A stretch of 64,000 bases of DNA, taken from positions 2,914,001 through 2,978,000 of the forward strand of contig JBHGNT010000012.1 of assembly GCA_043228905.1 (NCBI GenBank). The letters run 5' to 3'. Numbering within the stretch: the first letter of the stretch is position 1; the number at the start of each line of letters is the position of its first letter. The stretch comes from Azolla caroliniana. Its lineage: Eukaryota; Plantae; Polypodiophyta. Under the pieces are notes generated by a model. It saw only the letters and a program-made list of their open reading frames with translations, was not told the origin of the DNA and did not search any database. The translations under genes were made by a program, and so were the position numbers. Of this stretch, positions 36,559 through 48,207 are shown piece after piece.

Positions 36559-36879
36559 TGTAGGGAATGAACAAGGCCGTCAGTGCAGAAGAGATCACAC
36601 AGTATGAATCTGTGAGGAAGAAATACATGCGTATGAGAGAGGCAAGAACAAATTACGTACAGAGAGAGAGAGAGAGAGGGGCACAAAGAATATATCTATA
36701 TTCATAAAGGGGCAACCGTTACAACAATGAATAACCAACCTTTACAAAAGGTTACAAAGTCACTTTATATAGTGGCTCACTTAGGGCAACTGCCCTTTAT
36801 GTTATTTACAGAAATAGCCCGAACTTGGGCTCTCTAAGAGGATAGTGTGAATACGTCCATTATACATTTGTATTCGACA
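36559..36879 (-). repeat. 5' LTR of Copia C
   Basis: Plus strand TGTAGG...TTCGACA, adjacent to the PBS; the C-rich host sequence resumes at 36880. Confidence 0.7.
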
Positions 36880-37509
36880 CCCTCGGCTCACCCCCTTCCC
36901 CCCCCACCACCCAACACTTTCCCCCTCCACACACGGGTCGTCACCCACCCCGGTCGGACATTCACAGAGGCCATCCTCCGCAAAGCTCTCCCCTTCAACC
37001 ATCCCCTCGCACGAAGCCAGCCTTCGTTTTCTACAACTTCTACTCATTCTCCTTGACTCTGGCCCGTACGAAGCCCCCCCCTTCCAACGACACAACCACC
37101 CAGCGTGGGGCCTCACCTTCGATTTGAACAAAGGTCCAACTCGCCGCCAACTGGTCGGCCTCTGGACCCACGTCAACATACTCCCCACAACCTACAAACG
37201 GGATTTTGAAACCATGATCGACACGCGTTTTTTCCCCGCTTACATAAGCTTTAGTCGAAACCCCCCTTCTCCCTTCGCCGGCCACAACACCTGCACCTGG
37301 CTCACCGGCCCCAAGAAAGATTTCTTCACAACAACCGACCAACTGTAGGAAATCCGGCTACCACCACTGAACATCCGCCGTCTTCACCATCATCTTCGCC
37401 GCCACCCGCCCCCCGATGAACCCCCCTACTCAATTCTACTCGCCCCCGACACCCGAAGCTCCCCTCCCACAGAGCACTTGGGAGTGTGCACTCATTAGGT
37501 TGGGGGAGA

Positions 37510-38077
37510 TGTTAAGCGTTGGGATAACAACACAACCAGTCACAAATAAGAACGCATCAACAAGGACGTAGTACAAAGAGGAAACAACAAGAGGAAAGGA
37601 AAGCAAACAGACGTCCAAATGTGAAAGGCCCATACCCTAAACGTGAAAGCTATATAAACCACATAGTAGTGGATTTGTGAGGGTTCTCCCATTTGTAAAG
37701 ATCTCCTATTGATTAGAGCTAGAGCTTCCTCTCCTCCTTCTTGTAACCTTTGAGCTTAAGAGAGATTAGTGAAGTGTTGAGTTAGAGAACACTAATCTCT
37801 CTCCTTGTTGGTGCTAGACCTCTTAGCAAAGAGGGTTAATAATAGACATACTCTTTCTTCTTATTGTCTATATCTATTAATCTATTGTCTATGAGAGAGA
37901 GCTTGAGAGAGTGAGAGAGATATCGTGCTTAATCATTTACTAATCGTTGAGTGAGTGTGAGGCTCGGAGGTATCCGACAACTATCTCCGCCCGATTCGCC
38001 ATCAAGAGGGTATACGACGGTCCAAATTCCGCCACGACATCGAGGAGCTTACTCCATCGATACATAGATCCTTAATA
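37510..38077 (+). repeat. 3' LTR of gypsy B
   Basis: TGTTAAG...CTTAATA, preceded by the PPT and followed by TSD GTCTC. Confidence 0.93.
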
Positions 38078-38830
38078 GTCTCTCTCCTAAATAGTATCGC
38101 AACCCCTCGAGAACCTCTAGTAGTGTTAAGAAAAGTATATCATATACCTTCAAAATCTCCTCTAGACGGCCAGGGTGTGTCCAAAATGCACCGTTACAGT
38201 TCCATAAAGTCATCCTAATTTTATTGTCTGTCACATGGGCCACATGCTATCAATTGGTGGCGCGGTCATTTATTATCACACGTCCGTCTCGGTAAAAAGC
38301 ACGATGCTCTTCTTTATGAGTTTGTATGACTCGCGGCATACAAGTTTTACGATGCTCAATTTGCATCTTGGTGAGGTCTTCATCGAGGTAGATAGGGTCC
38401 CTGCGCAATCCTCAAATATTTTAAAAATGTGATTCTAGATTCTAAGTCCTTAAATTGAAGGACTAAAGCTCTCTTCCTAGTAGTGTCACCTGCTACCCTC
38501 CAAGTTTTAGTGATTGGTAGGGCTTATGTGTACCCTAACATTTTCCCTAGTGTTTGTGCATCTTTGTGGGGAGATGCCCCTTCCTTGAGCCCAGTGATTC
38601 ATACATTTAGGCATCAAGCTTGATGCATTTTCTCCTCCTCAAGGGTAGTGTTTACAATATTTTCATCCTTTAGTTCCTTTTTAATATTACGTTTTACCCC
38701 AACCGGTTTTCGCTAATTCCATGTCGCTTTTAACCTCTTTCGTAACCTTTTTAATCTCGTCCTTAATATCCTCTAGGGAAGATATTTCACCATCTCCCCT
38801 AGATGTCTCAAGGTCCTACAAAACACCTTT
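38078..38830 (-). pseudogene. ORF1 C-terminus and endonuclease N-terminus of the LINE split by B
   Basis: PIYLDEDLTKMQIEHRK...AFYRDGRVII (ORF1-like), then MTLWNCNG...DILFLT and RGVAILFRRE, which continues into 14531. Confidence 0.8.
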
Positions 38831-38835
38831 TAGTA

Positions 38836-39087
38836 GACAGAGCGAGCATAACAATAAAAACTCAATTCAAAATAATAACACTCTATACATACAAATGTCC
38901 TACAGAACACCTTTTATACAAGTCCTTAAAAGAACTAACAGAAGTATTGACAAGTACTTCAATGCTCATACAAGCGACTGACACTAACTCCGACGAATAT
39001 GCCTACATACTAGGCTAAGATTGTAGACTTCTAACAACCTACCGGTTACAATCCAATCCGGATCCGGTTGAGCTTGTCCGTTGAACA
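38836..39087 (-). repeat. Partial second (5') LTR of Copia E
   Basis: Homologous to about 4265-4552 and ends TTGAACA. Confidence 0.75.
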
Positions 39088-39767
39088 TGACCAATATTGA
39101 ATGCATTTACAATAGATGCATCACATTCTTTCACCAATAAATTGTCAACTAAACTTCCTCCTCCCAAGGTTGGAAGACATGTCAAAACATTTGTCATCGA
39201 AAATGCACGGACACCTTTGAGAGAGAAAGAGAGAGTTTGTTTGTGTGTGTGTGTGTAATTGGGTTGTTCTTCAAACTATATTATCCAATACAATGGGACC
39301 TTCAAAGTAACTTCGTGGACATAGAGGATTTCCCTAATCATCACATAACTCTTATGCTCAAATATTCTTATCGTGCATTTTTTCCCTTTCTAGAAAAACT
39401 ATTGTTAGGGTTAGATTTGTCTAAGTATGCTTCATGGTTGTGGTAGTATGTGATCTTCCATATAAAAATAATAAGATTAAGGTACCCAATAAATAAGTTG
39501 CATCCATGGTACGATTTCGGGTAATATTCAATGCTATGAGATGTCGATGGTGTTCTTAATTGTGTTATCCTTCTCTCAGTCTTACACTTGGTATTGATGC
39601 AAATGTCTTTATGAGTGTGCTACATACAATAAAAACTTAACATAATCCTTTCAGAAATATGTTATCTAGATTCTAGCCACTCGTGGTTGTAGGTAAAGCC
39701 AAATGTTCAACTTCATTGAAATCAAGGTGAGCTTCATCATGCTTGAATACATCTTGATTGACATAAT

Positions 39768-39769
<2 letters not shown>

Positions 39770-39806
<37 letters not shown>
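39770..39806. repeat. (TG)n microsatellite
   Basis: Directly visible. Confidence 0.95.
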
Positions 39807-39807
<1 letters not shown>

Positions 39808-39899
39808 CACAAATGGATCAAGCACATCAACCTTTAGAAGCAAGGATGATGTAGTAAAGGGGATTGATCATAAGATTTCCAACTTTCTCCAATAATCAA

Positions 39900-40800
39900 G
39901 TGGCTTATGTGTGCCAACTTAGGAAACACCCCTAAAGATTATAAGAAAGAAAGAATAGGTGTATGTTGGCCCAATTAACCACACACACACACATGCACTT
40001 ACTCTTGCTTGGTAACAAATGCAAGGACCAAAGCATGTGTGACAAGAAGGTTAATTTGTTGACAACATGTTGGGTCATCCATTCCCACAAGAGTGAAATG
40101 TGAGTAGAGGACTCTAAGATGTCATCCACTTGACGTATGGGAACCCATGCATATTGGGGCAATGAATGGATGTCAATACTACATTACATTCATCGAAAAC
40201 CACTTTGATCACTCACAGACCTATCATCTACCCGTTGTACGAAAGAGAGAAGGATTCTCAGACTTTAAAAAATTCAAGAGTCTTTCTAGATGTTGGAAAA
40301 CCAGAAAATACAATGGTGTTATGCAAGCTATGGTGGAGAATATTTCCCTAACGAGCAAGCAATTGTCATCAATTCACTTGTCAATATATGTCATGACAAA
40401 ACAATGCAGCTAAAAAAAAATCACCCTAATAGAAGTGGCATGTGGCATGATGAACAAGAAGTTAATGTTGTGCTCGTATTGGTCACAATTGACCAATCTC
40501 ACGAATCAATGCCTAGTTGTAAAGTGCATTCTGCAACTCTTGTACTACATGAGCATTTCACTAAAAAGAAACGTGATGTTTTGCAATTAAGCGTGCTCAA
40601 AAATTTTACTTAGATAAATGCAAAAGTTATAGGAAACACAAGAATAATGCGAGCATGATTAGAAGCCAATGACTAGTGTTAGGGTTTGAATCTAATGGTG
40701 TTCGTCAAAGACTTAATTACAATGGGTTACATCCTTTTATACCATAACACTAGCATCAAATGTCTTATTTCAAGGACATTTTATTTGATTCCTTTTGTGT
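39900..40800 (+). mobile_element. Highly decayed Copia integrase remnant
   Basis: DVWEP, GCQYYITFIE, GGEYF and LHEHFTKKK.DV.QL fragments in mixed frames. Confidence 0.55.
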
Positions 40801-40951
40801 TTTAGGAGGATATGTTCAGGAGGTTTCAAATATACAAGATCTAGCCTATGACAAACATGGAATCTAGACACAATTTTGTTAATTTTAAAGAATTTAACAT
40901 TAGGATGATATTGTAATTTGTATTGTTCTTTGAGATAATGGTAGTACTATT

Positions 40952-41262
40952 TTATTTTATTTTTCAAAGTAAAGCTACTTTCCCATTAGTTAGGAAGGAT
41001 TATTACATAGAGTCTATAAGGAGATTTATACACACATCGGGGAGACTTCCTCCGATCAAGCCAAAGAAGATGAGCCACTTACATTGCCTTGCGGCCTAAC
41101 TTAATGTAAGAAGCTACCTATATCCAAGGCAATGCCCTTCAATGTGGCCTCGTACGAGTCGGCTCTTGGGGCCTACACCGAAAAGAGGGTGGCAGGTGAA
41201 TAGGAAACAACCAACGTGGGGGCTGGTAGTTCCACCTCGGGCCACTCCCGCCTTGCATCACC
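40952..41262 (-). mobile_element. 5'-truncated non-LTR retro-insertion (LINE 3' end)
   Basis: Perfect 15-bp TSD AATGGTAGTACTATT (40937-40951, 41263-41277); A-rich tail on the minus strand; residual ORF end PRWNYQPPRWLF. Confidence 0.8.
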
Positions 41263-43704
41263 AATGGTAGTACTATTATTTTCCGTTATATGTTGTTAGA
41301 TCTTTAAAAGCACTTGAGGTTTCCAAGAAGCATTATTAAGCTAGCCTCATTTCCATAAGACAGGTTCAAGTATTCTATAATTTTTTATGAGTATTTGGTA
41401 ACATTTTAGAATTTGAGTACAAAGTACTCGAGGCATAAAAATACACATTGCCTTATATTTAATATCGCGATAACTGCATTGTGATTCTATCAAACTTATC
41501 CTTGAGTTCAATATGGAACATTATGTACATGGAACGATAATATTACAATATAACAATTGTGGAACTTTGATGACATCTCTATTTGATTTAGAAAATTCAA
41601 CCAAATGATGACACCTATCTAGATTTGAAGGCATCATGGATACTATGGACTTTTTGACAAATCTATAAAATCTACAATGTCAATTATTCAAAACGAGAAG
41701 GATTCATTGATGTTACATTTGGTTTATGGAATTGCAATACAAAACTCTTTGTCAACTCTTAGTCTTGGTTAATCTTTTATGATGTTCTACTTCTAGAAAT
41801 GCATAACGGTAGAGAAGTGAGATACCATAGATGTCAACATTGATGTAGTTGAAGAAAGGTTGTTTTAATTTAAAATATGATCACATTGAAATTGTGTCTC
41901 GAATTCAAGCCAGGTTTAATTTTTATGATATATATTTCTTGCATGAAATTTTGTCAAGCATAAATTGTAAGGGAACGAAATATATGATATTTTAAAGGTC
42001 CATGTCAATTTGTTTCCCCCTTTTTCAAGTGAACATAGTGATTTAAGCAACCAACTCAAGCACTCTCAATTGTTTCAATTGGTTATTGCAAACTATATAG
42101 TGAGTTTCAATTGGTTATTGCAAACTATATAGTGAAAGAAGTTATAAGTTACTGTAAAAACCCTATAACACCACCAATAAATATATCCTCTTTCCAAGGC
42201 TTATGCAAGTAGGTTACATGTTGTTTACCATTTGCACTAATGCATGTATTTTAAATCTCATCCTAAACCATGTCTCTCAAAATGGTGCCCATTTTTGCAC
42301 CCAACACACGCAACTCTAGCTTATACAAAGTACATACCAATTTAGACAAAGTACCTTTTAGTTTTCTCTCGCCCACTTCATGGTAAACATTGTCGAGGAA
42401 TAACTTTACTCATTCATTCAAATCTAAATAATACAAACCAAGCATTCATGAAGTGACACAATTTTAACAAGGAACCCATGTTTTGATGCAATTGATGCAC
42501 AATTTCAAGTAAATTTGCATTGAGCTCATTCCTAATGCAACATTATAGGTAAACAATCACATTTTTGGCTTGCCAAAAGATTCCTTGCAATGCAATAAAC
42601 TAGTGTGGGTAATACCATACACGTATGCTAGTTGGTGCCTTGATTTCACACATGGACTTTTAATCTTCCCAACCACCTTGGCTTATCTTGTGATACACAC
42701 ATAAGTATCCCTCAAAATGAAATTTCAATCTATAACAAAATGATGATGATGGGGAAATATCATGCTCCTTTTCCATACTTATCATCTTCAAAACCTTGAC
42801 CAACTACAAAAATGTGTTAGGTGCCCAACTTGGTGGTCTCAATTAACAATGTTTTCTAAACTTGAATATTTAGAATAGAGAAGAAGTTCAAGAGCACTAT
42901 ACTCCTTACTATTTCAAGTGCATGGAAAATGTGATGACGGGAAACATTGAACTTTGCATTCACACTAAGCTTGTTGAATATCATCCTAGAAAGCTTGCAA
43001 ATGATCCAAATTCTACCCATTAAACCCACAAATCAACAATGATTTATAAAAGAATTCCTTGAAAAGAATGAGAGAATATGCTATGGGCAATATTTTATTC
43101 GTACAAAACTTGCACTAATAATTGTTCTATCATCTTCACTCCCCTAAGTTCCAAAATACGTATACATTACAATACTACATGGATGGTGTTGGGAAGTATA
43201 CAAACACCAAAACATCCACTAATAATTATTCTATCATCTTCACTCCCCAAAGTTACATAAAATATGTATACGTTACAATACAACAGGGAGGGTGTCAGGA
43301 AGTATACCAACACCACAACTTGTTTGTGTACTCCAAAACTTTGAGATACATTTCCCATCATTGTCTCAGTGCATGTAAGGAGCTTAGATATTTTGAGTAA
43401 TAATACAAAACATGATGATACTATAACATTAAGTGTGGAGGTTGCATTGCAGCACATGCATGGAGCATAAAATGTTCACACAAATGTTTTAAATATAATT
43501 TCTTCGCATGAGAGAGAGAGAGAGAAGAAAGTACATAGACGATAAAACTTGTTTGCATGCTCAAAAACGTAGAGACATGCCCAACATTGTTATTTGCATG
43601 CATGTACACAATGTGGATGGTATTACAAGTAACAATGCAACATATGATCATACTAAAATAGTTGAGTAGAATAGAATATATACTTAATCATTTGTCATGG
43701 CCCC

Positions 43705-44112
43705 CGTTTTGACCTATTGACCAAATCAATATATCATCTTGTATGTGAGTCCTTCCAGAGAAAGGTGGTCATTACTTTGTAATAAAAACTATCTATGTGA
43801 AAATAATGCACACATATGTGCCCATCCTTCTTGGTGGAAATTTAAGTATGAAACTTACATTATCGTGCATGTGTAGCAAGCCCTAATATTTCTCATGAAT
43901 TACCTTATTAGTTGAGCATGCGATAAGTAAGTGATATTCATCCTCCATTAGGTTTTCATTACATGCCTTGCATATCTTTGTGTTTGCATCATGATGCCAC
44001 AATGTTACCTCAACACCTAAGTTGTGCGAGTGAGTTCAACGAAGTGTTAAGGCTATCTAAGATCTAAGGCTCATGGGGTTAGTGAGATGCCGACTGGATA
44101 TGTTTTGGCATT
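43705..44112 (-). mobile_element. 3' end of an RTEX/L2-like LINE, homologous to 2616-3020
   Basis: Shared blocks catcttgtatgtga, gtgaaaataatgca and ttgagcatgcgataa.taagtgatattcatc. Confidence 0.7.
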
Positions 44113-44590
44113 TATTCCTTGTATTTAAGCCAATCGTAGAGGTTGTATTGGAGCACACAATGTTCACACACAAATAGAGCAAATGATATGCACACAAATG
44201 TTGTAACTAGATCTTGACATAAAGAACATATAACCATGCTTGGAAAAAACTCCTTAGATGATAAGTAGTAAGCTACTCCATGAGAAATTGCTAGTTTTTC
44301 TACTACAAGCACAAAAACTTATGATGTTACACTAGTATGGAAACATAGAAGTTGCCATACCAAGATGAATATGCAAGAATACACCATTGCATTTTGAGTA
44401 TTGACCCAACATTAAGAGGTTTTAAATGTTAAAGAGTTAAGTATTCACAAGCTTCGATGATTCATCAATGGAGAAACGATCATGATCAATCAAAATGAAT
44501 GTGTTAATGACAGGATATTTATATGGTAGTAAGTGTCAAATTTGATATTCTTCTCCATAGTGGATAAGCTATGAACCCAAAGACTTTAAA

Positions 44591-46177
44591 CTAACATTGG
44601 TTGGGGGAGAAACCGATGCGAGCGCGGTCCTTGTCAAAGGAGACAAGATAGCCCTGTTGTTGTACATTGCCGAAGATCGACAATGCTCCATTCGTTCCGG
44701 CAAATCCGAGACAAAAGGTTCCAGAAGTATCAATCGGGATGAGGTAGTTCGATACCGGAAGCTCAAGTGTGGCATCCCCCGCGAAATGCAAATGGATCGT
44801 CGGCACGGACACCGACGATACGGCTCCCAACGCGTAGCAAGTGTCGAATAATGAGAACCTTTCGGGAGTCGGCGAGGCCGGCATCCTTGCCATGAACTCA
44901 TCCCGCAATGCCATGTAAGCTGGTTGCCTGAGGCGCGTTATCGAAGTCCCCGAATCCACTATCATCCCCCCAGTGCCATTGGATTGGAGAGCAAAGACCG
45001 AGGACCGGATCGGAAGCCGATGGCCGCCCACGCTTATCCCCTGAAGCTCTACATAATAGAATGCCTTTAGCTTTGGGTTTCTCCGCAATGGCGTAAAGAC
45101 GGAGCTGAATGGGGCGACATGGCTCCCCCCGAACACGAGCTCGCTCTTGCTTCCTTGGGCACCGCCACCGATCTGGAACCGATCGGCCAAGCAATACGAG
45201 AATTTCAAGCCGGCTTGTGAAGGGAAGGCGAGGGGGCCGGCGCCCAAGCCCAAGAGGCCCGAAGCCCCTAGGAAGAGCCCCTCGTTGTCGTGTCCACACC
45301 CGAAGGCGATGCGAGGGACATGGTGCCGGCCGAATGTGAGGGTCTCGAGGGCGAGGCGGCCTATGGTGAAGGAGCCATCTCCATAGGTCACCTCATAGGT
45401 GCATTGGTTGGAGTGGGTGCAACCCTGGATATGGAGTTGGGAGCACATGGGGGCAATGCAATCGAGGTTTCGGAAGGAAGAGGAGGAGGAAGGGTCGTAG
45501 AAAGGGCCGGACTGGACGTAGCATCGGTGACATGGCTGGCATTGGGTCCATGACAAGTCGCTGCCGGTGTCCATGACGAAGAAGGCGTGTGCGGGTGGAG
45601 TGCCCACCCCGATCCGAGCAAAGTACTCTCCGCTACCTACAAGGAGCCCCGAGACCACGGGGCTCTTGAAATCATTGGAATCATTTGATGGATGAGGAGG
45701 TCCCTTGTGATGATGATCCTCACCTAAGTTGTCATGTCCTTGCCCTTCTTCTTCTTCTTCTTCTTCTTCTTGTAGGGTTTTGGATGCCATTCGGAGGAGT
45801 TTCGTGATTGCGGACACGCGGGCGGAGTCTCGCGAGAGGCGAGAGGCAGTTATGGTGGGAGGATTCGAATAGACCTTCGCAGCCGGTATTTTGGAAGCCG
45901 AGAACGAATCGCAGTGGTGGATTGGAATAGACCATGAGCCAGGAGGTAAGGTCAATTTAGAGGAGGGAGAGGTTTTGTTTAGGTTTAGATTGGCATTCAT
46001 CTGGCCATGGTTGGTGTGGGTATTATTATGATAAGGGTAGAATATCTGGTAACCTAGCTTTAATGGGGTAGGAGAAGGAGAAGCAGGGGAGGTAACCCAG
46101 ATGATGATGAAGGAAAAGGATATGGAAAAACAGAGCCTTAAGAGAGATTGCAGAGGAGAAGAAGAAGAAGAAGCCAT
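44591..46177 (-). CDS. Secreted A1-family (pepsin/nepenthesin-like) aspartic protease, ASPG1/APF2-like, single exon, 528 aa
   Basis: Intact ORF from the ATG at 46177; hydrophobic N-terminus; SPVVSGL..GSGEYFARIGVGTP, catalytic DTGS and DSGT, FGCGHDNEGLF, FSYCL, SIFGNVQQQG, IGFSPNQC. Confidence 0.95.
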   Translation of the reverse strand: MASSSSSPLQSLLRLCFSISFSFIIIWVTSPASPSPTPLKLGYQIFYPYHNNTHTNHGQMNANLNLNKTSPSSKLTLPPGSWSIPIHHCDSFSASKIPAAKVYSNPPTITASRLSRDSARVSAITKLLRMASKTLQEEEEEEEEGQGHDNLGEDHHHKGPPHPSNDSNDFKSPVVSGLLVGSGEYFARIGVGTPPAHAFFVMDTGSDLSWTQCQPCHRCYVQSGPFYDPSSSSSFRNLDCIAPMCSQLHIQGCTHSNQCTYEVTYGDGSFTIGRLALETLTFGRHHVPRIAFGCGHDNEGLFLGASGLLGLGAGPLAFPSQAGLKFSYCLADRFQIGGGAQGSKSELVFGGSHVAPFSSVFTPLRRNPKLKAFYYVELQGISVGGHRLPIRSSVFALQSNGTGGMIVDSGTSITRLRQPAYMALRDEFMARMPASPTPERFSLFDTCYALGAVSSVSVPTIHLHFAGDATLELPVSNYLIPIDTSGTFCLGFAGTNGALSIFGNVQQQGYLVSFDKDRARIGFSPNQC

Positions 46178-46369
46178 GGATGGATATGGAGTATTTTGAA
46201 GCAATTAGCTTGTTTGTTGGTAAATAAGACGTCCTTCTATTTGTAATTATGATCCCCAATCATTTGTATCTCCGTTAGGCCTTCCTCTCTTTCAAATTTA
46301 TTGAAATGTTCTCTTCCATGTTGGCACGCTCCCACGAGAGAGAAGTTCTATGTTTTTCAGTCTTGTTCC

Positions 46370-47110
46370 GTAGTATGCGAACCGTGCTCGAATCCAAGTG
46401 TGTACCAATAATGAACCTTAAATCTTGTCTGAATCGTCACTGTCGAGATGTCGTCGATCATTTTTTGGTAGATGGAGATCCAATTGGAATGCTTCTGACA
46501 AGAGAAAAGTTCTATATTTGGAGTTTTGTTCGGTTACATGTGAACCATGCTCAAACCCAAGCACGTAAGAATAACAAACCTTAAATCTTGCATAAATTGT
46601 TACAATGGAGATGTCGTCGATCATTTTTGGTAAGCATATCTCTAACTCGAATGCTTTTGATGTTCTAGATGCAATTCGGAACAATCTCGACACCTCTTCG
46701 ACCACGCGTTTTGTGCTTTATATATAACCTAAGTGCCCATGAGCATTTGAGAGAAGTAAGAGTCTTGCACAAACAATTAAACAACAAATTTGTTAGCTAA
46801 CAATGACATAAACTAGACAATGTCTAACTCCGCTGCCAATAATCATGGTGTCTTGTTTGAATCGTTACAACTTACAATCGAGATGTCGTCCGTTGTTTTC
46901 GGTAGATGGTGCTCTAGTTGGAATGCTTCCAATGTTTTAGAGGCTAGATGCAATTCGAGGAAAACTTGACAACTCTTCTATTGTACTTTTGGTGCTTTAT
47001 ATTTAAAGTAAGTGCCCATAAGCCTTATGAGAGTAAGTGTTATACACAAATAATTAACCAACAAATTTGTTAGTTAACATCATGGCGTAAATTAGACAAT
47101 TTCTAACCTT
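46370..47110. repeat. Degenerate direct repeats upstream of the protease gene
   Basis: agatgtcgtc...tttggta at about 46447, 46609 and 46881; 46700-46830 resembles 46990-47110. Confidence 0.7.
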
Positions 47111-48207
47111 GCCCTTGAGAATCACAATGATTTTTTAGCAAATTGGCAAGGACATTACCATGACATGAGTTTGATCATTTTTAATAGAGAAGTGAGGAGA
47201 AGGTTTTAAAGCAATAAACACCTCTTCTTGATTTCCTTAGCGCCTTGAAAACTTAATTTCATCCCTTAACCATTGACCAACCGCAACAACTAAGCGGGAA
47301 ATTCAATATGGGATTTCAAGCTAAAAGACAAAGTGTTGACTCATGTGGCTAAAAGGCCATTTCATCACCCAAAACATCTTTGGTTTCGCAAACATGATAT
47401 TCAGGGAATAACTAGGAAGGTTGCAAATGGTGCAAATTTATAAAATTTACCCTTCTCGACGAATACGCAAGCCCTTTTTGTAGCAGAATCGAAGGTGGAA
47501 ATGAATGAAGCTGTTGATTTAATATGGTTATAGATCGTGCATCGATTACTAGTATGAAGAGCCATGTGATTAGATCAAATGGCTATTAGAGTAGAAACAA
47601 ACACATGCCTTATTTTCGGAGGGGGGTCGATTTTTCCCAGACTTATCCAAGTTCGCCCCAGAACACCATAGAAAAAGACGGTGTGTAGCGAGATGTCCCA
47701 CGAAGGTTTTGCCTTCAGACACAGAAGAAAAAATTGATGGAAAATTAATACGTGGTACGTAATAGACTCGAATGCATTGGCGGACATTTTTTTCTGCATA
47801 CGAATGCGTATGTTATCAAAACATTCGTATGACTTTTTTTTAATTATTACACTTATTACCTTGAAAAAAAATTCACCTTATAATGAATAATGAATATATA
47901 CAAAAGTATGGTATTTATCATAGATTGACATATTCGCATTCGTGGGGGTTACCAAAAGAATGCATACGAGGTAAATACTATTTACCATACTTCGAGGGTG
48001 TTTACCATACGCGAATGGTTGAAACTTCTCGAATAGGAATGCACGTATGGTACGTATGGTTCATACAGTATACATATATGATATAATAAAAACGAATGAA
48101 AACCAGCAGACACATTCTCGACGAGAAATCGAGACTTCCTCCTCCGCCATCGCCTCCTTCTGCAGACGTTTGATGAAGACGACAACCTTCTCCTCCTCCT
48201 CTTCACG

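Larger units (their letters stand above)
28068..36879 (-). mobile_element. Ty1/copia element C (Tnt1/Tork-like), 3' end deleted, nested in B
   Basis: 5' LTR 36559-36879; PBS TGGTATCAAAGC; gag, protease, integrase, RT and RH on the minus strand; no 3' LTR or PPT at the left junction. Confidence 0.9.
14532..38077 (+). mobile_element. Ty3/gypsy element B, Athila/Tat (OTA)-related, with extra ORFs; hosts Copia C and gypsy D
   Basis: LTRs 14532-15101 and 37510-38077; perfect TSD GTCTC (14527-14531, 38078-38082); tRNA-Asp-type PBS; PPT GGGGGAGA at 37502-37509; gag/PR/RT/RH/INT domains. Confidence 0.93.
4165..39087 (-). mobile_element. Outer Ty1/copia element E (internally deleted), hosting the nested block
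   Basis: 3' LTR 4165-4552 next to a PPT; partial homologous LTR ~38836-39087 in the same orientation; flanks GGACC (4160-4164) and TGACC (39088-39092) match 4/5; Copia RNase H at 13603-13962. Confidence 0.6.

Noticed and set aside
41300-43100. Possible decayed DNA transposon (hAT or Harbinger) remnants
   Set aside because: Only faint motif impressions; no TIRs, TSDs or sustained reading frame found.
44591-46177. Link between the host aspartic protease and the retroelement proteases
   Set aside because: It is a bilobed A1 pepsin-type enzyme, distinct from A2 retropepsins; proximity looks coincidental.
46178-46204. ORF-track start of the aspartic protease at 46204
   Set aside because: That codon is TTG; the first ATG is at 46177.
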